This document shows positions 28,895-43,335 of a stretch of 64,000 nt of DNA, piece by piece. This stretch comes from a bacterium (lineage in GTDB: Bacteria > Patescibacteriota > Minisyncoccia > Phycocordibacterales > JAKAEA01). Within the stretch, counting starts at the first letter, position 1. Every line of letters begins with the position of its first letter. The stretch lies in NCBI GenBank assembly GCA_021818465.1, contig JAKAEA010000001.1, positions 169,972-233,971 of the forward strand. Direction: 5' to 3'. The notes below the pieces were generated by a model. That model did not search any database. It saw only the letters and a program-made list of their open reading frames with translations, and was not told where the DNA came from. Position numbers and translations under genes: made by a program.

Positions 28895-29464
28895 ATGAAG
28901 ATGCGAATGCAAAAAAAATCTCTAACCGGCGGTTTCACCCTCATTGAAGTGCTGATCTCACTGCTCATTTTTTCTATCGTAATTACTGTAGCGGTGGGCG
29001 CACTTTTTTCTATGGTTGATGCTGGTGAAGAATCACGTTCTATTAATTCGGTAATGCAAAACCTCGATGTTGCTTTGGAGACTATGGCGGAAACGGTGCG
29101 TACGGGCACGGGATATAGCTCTTCTGCTACCTGCGATAATCCCTCTAATGCTCTATCTCTACAAGTACCTTCGAGTTCATACCTTAATACTGGTTTACCC
29201 ACCGGAGTTACTATTACGAATGTTGTGTATAGTCTTCAAAACAACCAGATTATTGAAACCGTAACGTATAGTAATGGAAACAAAAGTGTCATCCCTATTA
29301 CGGCTGTTGAAGTACATGTTACAGATCTTGTGTTTTGGATACATAATTGTACCGCTACTGCCCCAGCAAAACCGTATGTGTTGATGGCCGTGCAAGGATT
29401 TGTGGAAACACGACAAAGTAACAAAGCCTCTTTTAATATTCAAACCACAATGACGGAACGTTAA
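28895..29464 (+). CDS. minor pilin-like protein (PilV/GspH-like)
   Basis: GG|FTLIEVLISLLIFSIVITVAVG. Confidence 0.7.
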   Translation: MKMRMQKKSLTGGFTLIEVLISLLIFSIVITVAVGALFSMVDAGEESRSINSVMQNLDVALETMAETVRTGTGYSSSATCDNPSNALSLQVPSSSYLNTGLPTGVTITNVVYSLQNNQIIETVTYSNGNKSVIPITAVEVHVTDLVFWIHNCTATAPAKPYVLMAVQGFVETRQSNKASFNIQTTMTER

Positions 29465-29468
29465 TACT

Positions 29469-30062
29469 ATGCAATTTTCTCATACACACTCAAAAGGATT
29501 TACGCTCATTGAAACTTTGATTTCGATTGTCATTGTCAGTATTGCTGTCATTACAGCGACGGCTGCTCTACAGAGTAGTTTGCAAACGTCTGTCTTTGTA
29601 AAAAATCAAATTACCGCACGCTACTTAGCCTCGGATGCCATGGAATATATTTTAGCCTTGCGTGATGCCGGCGCAGCAACACCGCAAGGTTGGATGAGTG
29701 AACTATTGCCGTGTGTGACTACGGTAAATGGATCAGTAACATGTAGTGTCGATACAGTGAATCTTTCTTTAACGCCAATAACTTCGACACCGTCGCCATT
29801 ATATTTGTGCTCGGTCTCCGATGGTAATGGGGGAACTGTTAATGTTTTTACACAAAATAATACCGGCAGCTGTACGCAAACGATATTCACTCGTACGGTA
29901 ACTATTACACCTATTCAACTTATTCCGGGGTATTCTAATGATGTGAATCAATACAATGAAGCAATTGTTTCCGTAAAGGTGAGTTGGGGTAGCGGCCCAT
30001 TTTCTTCTGCGCAGTCGTACACGCTTGCGGAAGATATCTATAATTGGCAACCGCCATCATGA
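29469..30062 (+). CDS. minor pilin-like protein (PilW/GspI-like)
   Basis: KG|FTLIETLISIVIVSIAVITATAAL. Confidence 0.7.
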   Translation: MQFSHTHSKGFTLIETLISIVIVSIAVITATAALQSSLQTSVFVKNQITARYLASDAMEYILALRDAGAATPQGWMSELLPCVTTVNGSVTCSVDTVNLSLTPITSTPSPLYLCSVSDGNGGTVNVFTQNNTGSCTQTIFTRTVTITPIQLIPGYSNDVNQYNEAIVSVKVSWGSGPFSSAQSYTLAEDIYNWQPPS

Positions 30063-31462
30063 AAAAACCCTTAACACAACCCGGTTTTGCACTTTTGTAT
30101 TCCGTACTTGTCGTTGGGGCAATGATGAGTTTGGTTTTTGGTGTCATAAATATTGTCTATAAGCAATTAGAACTTTCTGGCGTTAATAAAAATTCCACTG
30201 CTGCTTTTTACACTGCTGAAAGCGGTTTGGAATGTGGCCGCTATTGGAGTGCTTATGGCGCGTTTAATGCTTATCCTGATAATCCATCAGCAACTTCTAC
30301 AAACTCTTTTGCCACCATCGAGTGTTTAGGGAGTACTATTGGTCCAAGTTGTTCTGGTACTAATAATACATCGTGCGGTCTTGTTGATGATGGATACAGC
30401 AACATAAATACCACGGTGAATGGCATTACTAATCCCGCGGCAATAATTAATACATCATTTCCTTTCTATAACAATTATTTCACCTACTCTCTTGGACCGG
30501 CGTATAACAACATAACATCTGCACCAACGACGAGTGTGAACATCTGGCAAACGCAACAGTTTAATCCGACTGCTGACCCGACAGATCTCACTACAGCTAT
30601 TTTAGCAACGGGAGACAATGGTTCGGCGCCAAATGAAGTGCAGCGCGGTGCTGGCGAAACCGCCGGCATTACTCAATGCCTTGCGCCGGCGTTTACGTAT
30701 ACACTTACTGGCGGAGGATCATACCCTGTTATTCCGTGGACAAATAACCAAATTTTTTCTCAAAATGTTGCATCGTATTTTCCTGGAGAAAATACCTCCG
30801 GTCTTCAAGGTGTTTTTGCAAAGACACTTGGTGAAGGTAAAACTTCAGCACCTGCTTTCCCATATTTATCTTGGGGTCCAGCTGATAATTGGTCGTTCAA
30901 CAATTCATCTAATTCTACATTTTCTACAATCTTACCTTCACTAACACTTTCTGCTGCATTCTTAAATTTTAATTCATCCAATCCTTCATACGAATATAAA
31001 TTTGGTTATTATTCAACCACTAATACACCATCAAATATGCGAGGTATCGATTACGCAACAAGTACTCCTGGTGTATTTGTAACACTTCTTGATAGGAGTA
31101 CTTCGGGTACAGTTACCGCAACAGCCAACGCGATACCGGCAACTACAAACAACATTCACTTTGCTTTGGAGGAAATTACTACGAGCGGTAATGTGTATGG
31201 ATTTTGGTCAACGAATGCGGCTGATGATTACTATAATGGTACGTATTACGACGGTACTGACAATAATGTTGGTGGTCCCAGTGGTCATACGCACGTGATT
31301 GTTCTTTCGACACCGTTACCTGGTACTGTTGGTACCAATCCCAATAATTCTAATACACGTCTTTCCGGAAAATATGTTTTTGGTTTTGGCGGTATTGATG
31401 GAAATTCGCCGTCCTCATATAGCAGTGTCATTGTCGCTCTACAGCTTGCGGGATGCCCATAA
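30059..31462 (+). CDS. PilX-like large minor pilin
   Basis: N-terminus MKKPLTQPGFALLYSVLVVGAMMSLVF resembles the PilX N-terminal domain. 467 aa, Ser/Thr/Asn-rich. Start overlaps the previous stop (ATGA). Confidence 0.55.
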   Translation: MKKPLTQPGFALLYSVLVVGAMMSLVFGVINIVYKQLELSGVNKNSTAAFYTAESGLECGRYWSAYGAFNAYPDNPSATSTNSFATIECLGSTIGPSCSGTNNTSCGLVDDGYSNINTTVNGITNPAAIINTSFPFYNNYFTYSLGPAYNNITSAPTTSVNIWQTQQFNPTADPTDLTTAILATGDNGSAPNEVQRGAGETAGITQCLAPAFTYTLTGGGSYPVIPWTNNQIFSQNVASYFPGENTSGLQGVFAKTLGEGKTSAPAFPYLSWGPADNWSFNNSSNSTFSTILPSLTLSAAFLNFNSSNPSYEYKFGYYSTTNTPSNMRGIDYATSTPGVFVTLLDRSTSGTVTATANAIPATTNNIHFALEEITTSGNVYGFWSTNAADDYYNGTYYDGTDNNVGGPSGHTHVIVLSTPLPGTVGTNPNNSNTRLSGKYVFGFGGIDGNSPSSYSSVIVALQLAGCP

Positions 31463-31491
31463 GTTCGCGCGTACCATTATAATTTTTCGTT

Positions 31492-32410
31492 TTTTGTGGA
31501 TAACTCCAACGACTCACGTTGGTCGGTAAGGTACAATAAGGCCATTATCATAGCTATTCATTACAATGCCTAAAAAGTTTCTCGGGTGGGTTCTCGTGGC
31601 GGTTGCTGCTGTCGTGCCACTTGCTGCATCAGCACAGCAACAAGGAGGTACTTTTCAGGCGCCACAGGTCTATGTGCAAAATATCCATATCGCTGAAAAC
31701 ACTGTGTTTCAAGGCGATACAGTACACGGCACGTTTGTACTACAAAATCAAGGCACGACCAACGCTTCCAACATTGGCTACCGCATCTCGCTCGTCGGTA
31801 ACTACCAACCCAATACATTAGCAGGTACTTTCTACGACACAAGTGCTCTAAAAGGATCAGTCTTTGTTCCTGCCAATGGTAGTGTTACGGTGCCTTTTAC
31901 ATATACTCTATCTCCAGGTGTGGTGGGTTCTGGAAAAGGTATTCAAATCCAGGCATACACCTCAGCCGGTATTCCACTCGGCTGGTCTGACGACCACATC
32001 ACCATCAACCCCAAACAGGGGATTGTCGTACCGCCCTCACTCGCTATTACCAATGCGCAATTAAAGCTCGGTACCTCAACATTTCCATTGCAAGCGGGGC
32101 CGGTGGTACACGTAGGTGAGCATCCCACACTCATCATCACTCTTGGTTCTTCTACAACACAAAGTGTTATCCCGTATGTCGCTCTCTATAATCGCGTTAT
32201 CATGGGCACCCCATTGCAAGCAGCTACCGGTACGCCTATCGCCATCACACATAAGACCTTCTCTATCTCGCTTCCATTACCTACGACGGCAGGTGTGTAT
32301 GACACGCGGGTGATATTAGCCAATATCGCAGGTGTGCAATTGGCTGCTCCGCTCGATATCCGCTACATTGTGGCAGGTGACATTGTGACGATTCAATCGT
32401 TGACGTCTAA
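31492..32410 (+). repeat. tandem duplication copy A (75-nt leader plus about 830 nt of coding sequence shared with copy B)
   Basis: The leader ttttttgtggataactccaacgactcac...ggtacaataaggccattatcatagctat...cattacaatgcctaaaaag is near-identical at 31492 and 34211. Long perfectly identical nucleotide runs lie inside the ORFs. Confidence 0.8.
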
Positions 32411-34208
32411 CGTCACCTCGGTTTCTGCGAATAGCCCTTTCGTTTTGACGCTGCAATATACAGGATCGCCATTTGATATTCGCACGGGCGCTGTTGCCAA
32501 TCAGTCAACCTCGACCCTTACGGTGACCGTCGCCAATGAACTTGGTACCACCATTGCAACCTCTCAAGGTCCTCTCGATCCTGCTGGCGGCTCTCTTACT
32601 ATTCCATTGACCGCATCCGCTGATGCTACAGCTATGACCGCCACCGCCACTGTAACGAACAACGGCAAAGTTATTGCGACCTACAGTACCAACCTCTCAC
32701 CCAATGTTGCCGCCGCTCGAGCCAAAGCTCTTGCCACTTCCACCACCTCTCCTTGGTTTTATATTATTCTCTCCATCGTACTCTTAGTTTTCATCTTTAT
32801 TATCATCCGTATGCTCAAGAAAAAGAAATTATCTACCACCCCACTTGTTATTTTTGCGGTTATGGCTGTGGCCGGTGTGACCTTATTTTCAGGGGCGGGG
32901 GTGGCGAAAGCCTGGAGTTTTAATCCTAATGCCGTTTCTATAGCCGTTCCAGCTCTTAAAAATCTCTCTGGTGTTCAGAGTACCACATTTGCTCCAGGTC
33001 AAAATTTTGTATTTACAGGTACTGTGTATGTATCGGCTTGTGTCAACGAGTCTCCCAATGTTAATTTCTATTTTTTAAATCCTACAAACACACAAAACTA
33101 TCAATCGGCAACCACTTATGTTGGTTATCAATCTCCAACTCCACCAAATCCAATACAACTTACAACACATTATACGTTTTTCAATACTATAAATTATAAT
33201 TCAGGTTATGGTGGCGAAGGGGGGACAACATATACGTATCAATTTGCCGATCCATTTACAGCACCTACTACTCCTGGGACATATTCAATTAGCCTCCATA
33301 TTGAAGCGGAGCAGTATTTCGATAATGAATGGGGTGGTGCAACTTCCATTTCTACTGCAAGCTACACCGGTCCTATTCCTTCTGGTTATGGTAACGAATA
33401 CAACATCGGAGATGCCACTCTCACCTATACTGTTGTTCCTCCTCCCACCGCTACACTCACTGCGTCAGGAAATGGTGTTACAAAAAATTTCGTTTCGTCA
33501 ACGTTCAATTCTTACACAGTGGAATTGGGCTCGCCAGTCACTCTTACCTGGAGTTCCGCTAATGCCACCGAGTGCCAAGCTGTTCAAGCTTCATCACCAT
33601 TTACTACCAACGGTGCACCAAATGGTAGCGCAGTAGTTACACCACCTAGTGTTGGCGATTATAGCTACTCAGTGACATGTTCCAACTCTTCGGGGGCTAG
33701 TCCTTATTCTTCTCCAGGCGTGGGTTTGTGGGTTGTCAATTCTCCGCCTCCTCCGACCTGTCCTACTGGTGCTACTTTGAACAGTACAACCAACACCTGT
33801 GTTTGTTCCAGTGGTACGTGGGATAGTACGACCAACACGTGTGTTCCGCCTCCATCAACACCTCCTAGCATTTCTTCATTCAGTATTGATTCAACTAATG
33901 TATGTAATCCCAAACTTGTTTGGTCGGCGACTAGTCAGAATGGTACTTGTACCATGAGTAATTCTCTCAATGATCCAGCGTGGATAGGTCAGCTCCCTCT
34001 TTCTAGTTCTAATAATTATACCGGCTCGGGTAGTACTGTTATTGGTCAAGGGTTTACACCTACGCAGCTTAATGGTGCTACCTACACACTCTCGTGCTCA
34101 AACAATTCTAATAGTCCTGTTTCTAAAACCGTTACTCTCTCTATTCCTGCTACGTGCACCAATGCAAATGGCACTGGCGGTCAAAACAACAACTTCTTCC
34201 CATTCTAG
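31566..34208 (+). CDS. giant secreted/surface protein, paralog A (signal peptide, N-domain, internal double hydrophobic anchor, repeat-containing C-domain, C-terminal GQNNNFFPF)
   Basis: 880-aa ORF. Sec signal MPKKFLGWVLVAVAAVVPLAASA|QQ. Hydrophobic segments at about aa 395-420 and 428-450. Cys-pair repeats. Confidence 0.7.
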   Translation: MPKKFLGWVLVAVAAVVPLAASAQQQGGTFQAPQVYVQNIHIAENTVFQGDTVHGTFVLQNQGTTNASNIGYRISLVGNYQPNTLAGTFYDTSALKGSVFVPANGSVTVPFTYTLSPGVVGSGKGIQIQAYTSAGIPLGWSDDHITINPKQGIVVPPSLAITNAQLKLGTSTFPLQAGPVVHVGEHPTLIITLGSSTTQSVIPYVALYNRVIMGTPLQAATGTPIAITHKTFSISLPLPTTAGVYDTRVILANIAGVQLAAPLDIRYIVAGDIVTIQSLTSNVTSVSANSPFVLTLQYTGSPFDIRTGAVANQSTSTLTVTVANELGTTIATSQGPLDPAGGSLTIPLTASADATAMTATATVTNNGKVIATYSTNLSPNVAAARAKALATSTTSPWFYIILSIVLLVFIFIIIRMLKKKKLSTTPLVIFAVMAVAGVTLFSGAGVAKAWSFNPNAVSIAVPALKNLSGVQSTTFAPGQNFVFTGTVYVSACVNESPNVNFYFLNPTNTQNYQSATTYVGYQSPTPPNPIQLTTHYTFFNTINYNSGYGGEGGTTYTYQFADPFTAPTTPGTYSISLHIEAEQYFDNEWGGATSISTASYTGPIPSGYGNEYNIGDATLTYTVVPPPTATLTASGNGVTKNFVSSTFNSYTVELGSPVTLTWSSANATECQAVQASSPFTTNGAPNGSAVVTPPSVGDYSYSVTCSNSSGASPYSSPGVGLWVVNSPPPPTCPTGATLNSTTNTCVCSSGTWDSTTNTCVPPPSTPPSISSFSIDSTNVCNPKLVWSATSQNGTCTMSNSLNDPAWIGQLPLSSSNNYTGSGSTVIGQGFTPTQLNGATYTLSCSNNSNSPVSKTVTLSIPATCTNANGTGGQNNNFFPF

Positions 34209-34288
34209 ATGGTTTTTTGTGGATAACTCCAACGACTCACACTAGTCGGCACGGTACAATAAGGCCATTATCATAGCTATCCATTACA

Positions 34289-39831
<5,543 letters not shown>

Positions 39832-39876
39832 TGTCTAGAAAAAACGAATAGAGAATGCTATGATGGCTCTGCCTCT

Positions 39877-40167
39877 ATGATTTCTAAGCATGACATACAA
39901 AAGTTAGCAGCACTCTCGCGTATTAAATTGACGTCGGAGGAGGAAGCGTCGGTGGCTGGTGATATGGAAAATATTTTAGGATATGTGCAGCAGATTCAAG
40001 ATGTGTCGGCGCAGCACACAGGAACACATGTCCGCGATACAAATGCACCGCACAATGTCCTGCGAGCTGACGAAGAACCTCACCAAAGCGGTGCATACAC
40101 TGAAGCACTACTTGCTGCAACGCCGGCACGTCATGGCAACTACGTTAAAGTAAAAAAAATCTTATGA
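39877..40167 (+). CDS. gatC: Asp/Glu-tRNA amidotransferase subunit C
   Basis: 96 aa. IQKLAALSRIKLTSEEE... matches the GatC family. Stop overlaps the gatA start. Confidence 0.85.
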   Translation: MISKHDIQKLAALSRIKLTSEEEASVAGDMENILGYVQQIQDVSAQHTGTHVRDTNAPHNVLRADEEPHQSGAYTEALLAATPARHGNYVKVKKIL

Positions 40168-41594
40168 AGCACGATCTTGCTCATATGACGATTGCCACAG
40201 CCCGTGAATTGCTCGATCGTGGCGATGTGTCGGCTGTAGAACTCGCTGATGCATATTGTGCGCGTATTGCGGAAAAAAATCCAACGCTGAATGCCTACCT
40301 GGAAGTGTACGATGACGTACGCGAGCAAGCTAAAGCAGCCGACACGATGTTAGCCGCTGGCACACGACACGCGCTTACCGGTATTCCAATTTCAATAAAA
40401 GATAATATTTTGATACAGGGGAAAATTGCTTCAGCAGCTTCACAAATGCTTGCCACCTATCGGGCAAGTTACGATGCAACCGTCATTGATCGGCTTAAAA
40501 AACAGGGCGCTGTTTTTTTGGGTCGCACGAATATGGATGAATTTGCGATGGGTGGTTCCACCGAGAATTCTGCATTCGGTCCCACAAAAAATCCGCACGA
40601 TCTCTCGCGTGTGCCGGGTGGGTCTTCCGGTGGTGCGGCCGCTTCGGTAGCTGCCGATCTTGCAGTGGCCGCGCTCGGTTCTGATACGGGTGGTTCTATT
40701 CGCCAGCCGGCAAGTTTTTGTGGAGTGGTTGGTCTTAAACCTACCCACGGGGCAGTGTCACGCTACGGTCTTATGGCGATGGCTTCTTCGCTTGATCAAA
40801 TCGGGCCGCTTGCTAAAACAGTCGCTGATACGGAAATACTTTTTAATGCTATCGCCGGTCGCGATTCTAAAGACGCTACATCAATAGATCGGCCGCGACC
40901 GCCGACACACGATAAAAAACTCGTTGTTGGTGTGCCACGCGATTTTTTGGAAAAAGGTGTTGATCCTGACGTGTTAGAAAATTTTGAAAACTCTCTTGCC
41001 GCGCTCAAACAATCTGGTGTAGAAATTCGCGACATTAATCTGCCTAATCTAAAATATTCGCTCGCGGTGTACTACGTGATAATGCCCGCTGAGGTTTCTT
41101 CCAATCTCGCTCGTTTTGATGGAGTGCGCTACGGCGCGCACGTCGACGCCCCGACGATGCTGGAAGAATATCTTGCCACCCGTCGTGCGGGTTTCGGTGC
41201 CGAGAGCCGCCGCCGTATTATGCTCGGTACCTACGTGCTTTCTACTGGCTACTATGACGCGTACTATGGTAAAGCCACTATGGTACGTGAGTTGCTTAAA
41301 GATGATTTTAATACTGTTTTTGCTACTGGTGTGGACTGCATCCTTACACCGACTTCACCGACACCGGCTTTTACCATAGGAGAAAAATCAACCGATCCGC
41401 TGGCGATGTATCTTGCTGATATTTTTACCGTTTCAGCAAATCTCGTTGCATTGCCGGCAATTTCCGTGCCGTCTGGTTTTGCCAATCGTGCTGGGGCGCG
41501 TGTACCACTCGGTATTCAGTTTACTGCTCCCTACGCCCGTGAAGATTTGTTGTTCACTATTGGTAAACTTTTTGAGAAGGCGAATCGGGCATAA
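40164..41594 (+). CDS. gatA: Asp/Glu-tRNA amidotransferase subunit A (amidase signature)
   Basis: Amidase signature GGSSGGAAASVA with Ser-cisSer-Lys triad residues. 476 aa. Confidence 0.92.
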   Translation: MKHDLAHMTIATARELLDRGDVSAVELADAYCARIAEKNPTLNAYLEVYDDVREQAKAADTMLAAGTRHALTGIPISIKDNILIQGKIASAASQMLATYRASYDATVIDRLKKQGAVFLGRTNMDEFAMGGSTENSAFGPTKNPHDLSRVPGGSSGGAAASVAADLAVAALGSDTGGSIRQPASFCGVVGLKPTHGAVSRYGLMAMASSLDQIGPLAKTVADTEILFNAIAGRDSKDATSIDRPRPPTHDKKLVVGVPRDFLEKGVDPDVLENFENSLAALKQSGVEIRDINLPNLKYSLAVYYVIMPAEVSSNLARFDGVRYGAHVDAPTMLEEYLATRRAGFGAESRRRIMLGTYVLSTGYYDAYYGKATMVRELLKDDFNTVFATGVDCILTPTSPTPAFTIGEKSTDPLAMYLADIFTVSANLVALPAISVPSGFANRAGARVPLGIQFTAPYAREDLLFTIGKLFEKANRA

Positions 41595-41614
41595 CGTGTT
41601 GTATAATTGGCCGT

Positions 41615-42409
41615 ATGGCTGAGGGTGACGAAAAAAAAGGCGAAAAAAAAGAAAGCTCCACATTTTGGTCGGCGCTCGATGTTGTTGAGTGGCTAGTTAT
41701 TGGCATTATTCTTTTTGCTGGTGCCATTCAAGTCGAACATTTTTTTGCCGGTGGTAAAAAAAGTGTGTTTAATCTTTGGCTTGTCGCTCAGCCGAATATC
41801 GTCGCTCTCGGCAACGACGTTCGTCTTTGGCTTGCTAGTGCAGCTCGATCGCTCACCGCATTTTCCAACGGTCTTTCATTGTTTCTGATACTGCTCATTG
41901 GCTATATTACTTTTCGTCGAGGTGAAGTGCATAAGGTATGGTATAAAAATCTCTATCCTCTTGAAAAGAAAATAGATGTACATGGTGTCGTCGTTGCCGT
42001 TTCTGCAGCTGCCAAGACACATCCCACGTCGCATATCCCAGCCAATTTACCAACGAGTCAACCACTTTCAGCATTTTCTGTACATACGGTCCGTCAAAAT
42101 CCTCGCTGGCAAAAAGTGTTGGAACATATCGCTTCTGATAATCCAAGCGATTGGCGTTTAGCGATTTTAGAAGCCGATATTGTTCTTGAAGAAACACTTG
42201 ATCAAGTTGGTTATGCTGGCGACACCGTGGGCGATAAGTTGAAAAATGCTGAACGACGACCGTTTGCTAGTTTGAATGCGGCTTGGGAAGCGCATCGTAT
42301 TCGCAACGCTATCGCTCACCAAGGTCAAGGCTTTGATGTGACCCAACGAGAAGCGCAGCGCGTCATTGCACTTTTTGAAGGGGTTTTTCGCGAGCTTGGA
42401 TCGGTTTAA
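41615..42409 (+). CDS. membrane-anchored protein with C-terminal HEPN-like domain (Rx4H motif)
   Basis: Two N-terminal TM segments. C-terminal helical domain ends with AWEAHRIRNAIAHQGQG, which has R-N-A-I-A-H spacing Rx4H. Confidence 0.4.
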   Translation: MAEGDEKKGEKKESSTFWSALDVVEWLVIGIILFAGAIQVEHFFAGGKKSVFNLWLVAQPNIVALGNDVRLWLASAARSLTAFSNGLSLFLILLIGYITFRRGEVHKVWYKNLYPLEKKIDVHGVVVAVSAAAKTHPTSHIPANLPTSQPLSAFSVHTVRQNPRWQKVLEHIASDNPSDWRLAILEADIVLEETLDQVGYAGDTVGDKLKNAERRPFASLNAAWEAHRIRNAIAHQGQGFDVTQREAQRVIALFEGVFRELGSV

Positions 42410-42584
42410 AGTTGCTCAACCATTTTTTTCTGGTATACTAAATACTTTCCAGCGGGGTAGTGGACTGGTACCACGTCAGGCTCATAACCTGAAGAAAGAA
42501 GTTCGATTCTTCTCCCCGCCACACGCTTGGCTAGGGTGAGGTACCGCCAGTGTTCAATTCTAATCCGCTCAATTGTCGGAGTAG

Positions 42585-42647
42585 CTCAGTTGGTAGAGCA
42601 CGGGACTCATAAGCCCGGGGTCGTGGGTTCGATCCCCACCTCCGACA
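42585..42647 (+). tRNA. tRNA-Met (anticodon CAU; elongator-type features)
   Basis: GTCGGAGTAGCTCAGTTGGTAGAGCACGGGACTCATAAGCCCGGGGTCGTGGGTTCGATCCCCACCTCCGACA. G1-C72 paired and C11-G24 argue against an initiator. Could alternatively be a lysidine Ile2 tRNA. Confidence 0.7.
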
Positions 42648-42659
42648 CCTAAACTTGCT

Positions 42660-43026
42660 TTTTAAATATAACTGTGATATATTATTAAGCAGTTGTGGAG
42701 ACAAGGGTTTGTGGAACTGGAAGTACGGATGTTTCTAGCCACGATACTCTTCGATTTGCTCCACAAGGGGCCATCTACGGAAAGGAAGGCCTATGTCACT
42801 TCTCTCGGGAACCGACGTTCTGTCGGTAGATGGGGCTTCAGCTCCCCACCAATTGGCACATGGTGACGCTACGTCATCTTGTGGTACCTCTCGTCGCCAT
42901 CTGCGACAGCAGATACGACGGGAAAAATGCGCTCAAAGAAAATTTGAGCGTTCTATCCGGGTTATCCCGCCATCGGCTATGGCGGGGATTACGTCAGATA
43001 CAGCATGGTGCTGATCTGACTCATAA
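42660..43026 (+). ncRNA. candidate structured RNA of unknown class (ORF-poor, nested hairpins, followed by a strong terminator)
   Basis: No convincing ORF. 8-bp helix ttgtggag...ctccacaa. 10-bp hairpin ccatctacgg...cggtagatgg enclosing a GGAAAGGAAGG-rich segment. Terminator follows at 43027-43067. Confidence 0.25.
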
Positions 43027-43067
43027 GGGGTTTCGTACAAACATCGATGTGTACGAAACCCCTTTTC
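43027..43067 (+). terminator. strong rho-independent terminator
   Basis: ggggtttcgtaca-aacatcgatg-tgtacgaaacccc followed by ttttc. Confidence 0.7.
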
Positions 43068-43157
43068 ATTAACCAAATTTTCTATATAGATAGTTTGTAA
43101 GATGACGTATGTATAAAATTGCTCATAATTATATTTTTTGCTACATTTAAGCGCATT

Positions 43158-43232
43158 GGGGTCGTAGCTCAACTTGGTTAGAGCACTCGCCTGTCACGCG
43201 AGAGGTTGCGGGTTCAAGTCCCGTCGGCCCCG
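43158..43232 (+). tRNA. tRNA-Asp (anticodon GUC)
   Basis: GGGGTCGTAGCTCAACTTGGTTAGAGCACTCGCCTGTCACGCGAGAGGTTGCGGGTTCAAGTCCCGTCGGCCCCG. Anticodon loop CTGTCAC. Confidence 0.85.
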
Positions 43233-43282
43233 CTTCTTATATTTTCAGTAGGTATGTTAAGTATTTTTTAAAAAATAACATA

Positions 43283-43317
43283 AGAAAAAGCGCGTTCTCT
43301 CGTGAGAGAACGCGCTT
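43283..43317 (-). terminator. rho-independent terminator for the minus-strand lipoprotein gene (perfect palindrome)
   Basis: aagcgcgttctctc-gtg-agagaacgcgctt with a run of A on the plus side, giving a U-tail on the minus transcript. Confidence 0.65.
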
Positions 43318-43335
43318 AAGTTTGTGGCAACCCTC

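Noticed and set aside
31299-31529. 76-aa ORF overlapping the duplicated leader upstream of giant protein A
   Set aside because: It spans the PilX-like gene 3' end and the conserved non-coding leader. Low-complexity product, no RBS.
42660-43026. Assignment of the structured segment as RNase P RNA or SRP RNA
   Set aside because: There is a GGAAAGGAAGG element and a CCGGGUUAUC element, but I could not reconstruct the universal P4 pairing or the SRP domain IV (GGAAGCAGCC) consensus. It is left unassigned.
42793-43072. Two overlapping 73- and 80-aa ORFs (42793..43014, 42830..43072)
   Set aside because: Arg/Ser-rich low-complexity translations, mutually overlapping in different frames. They run into a terminator hairpin and the region is better explained as structured RNA.
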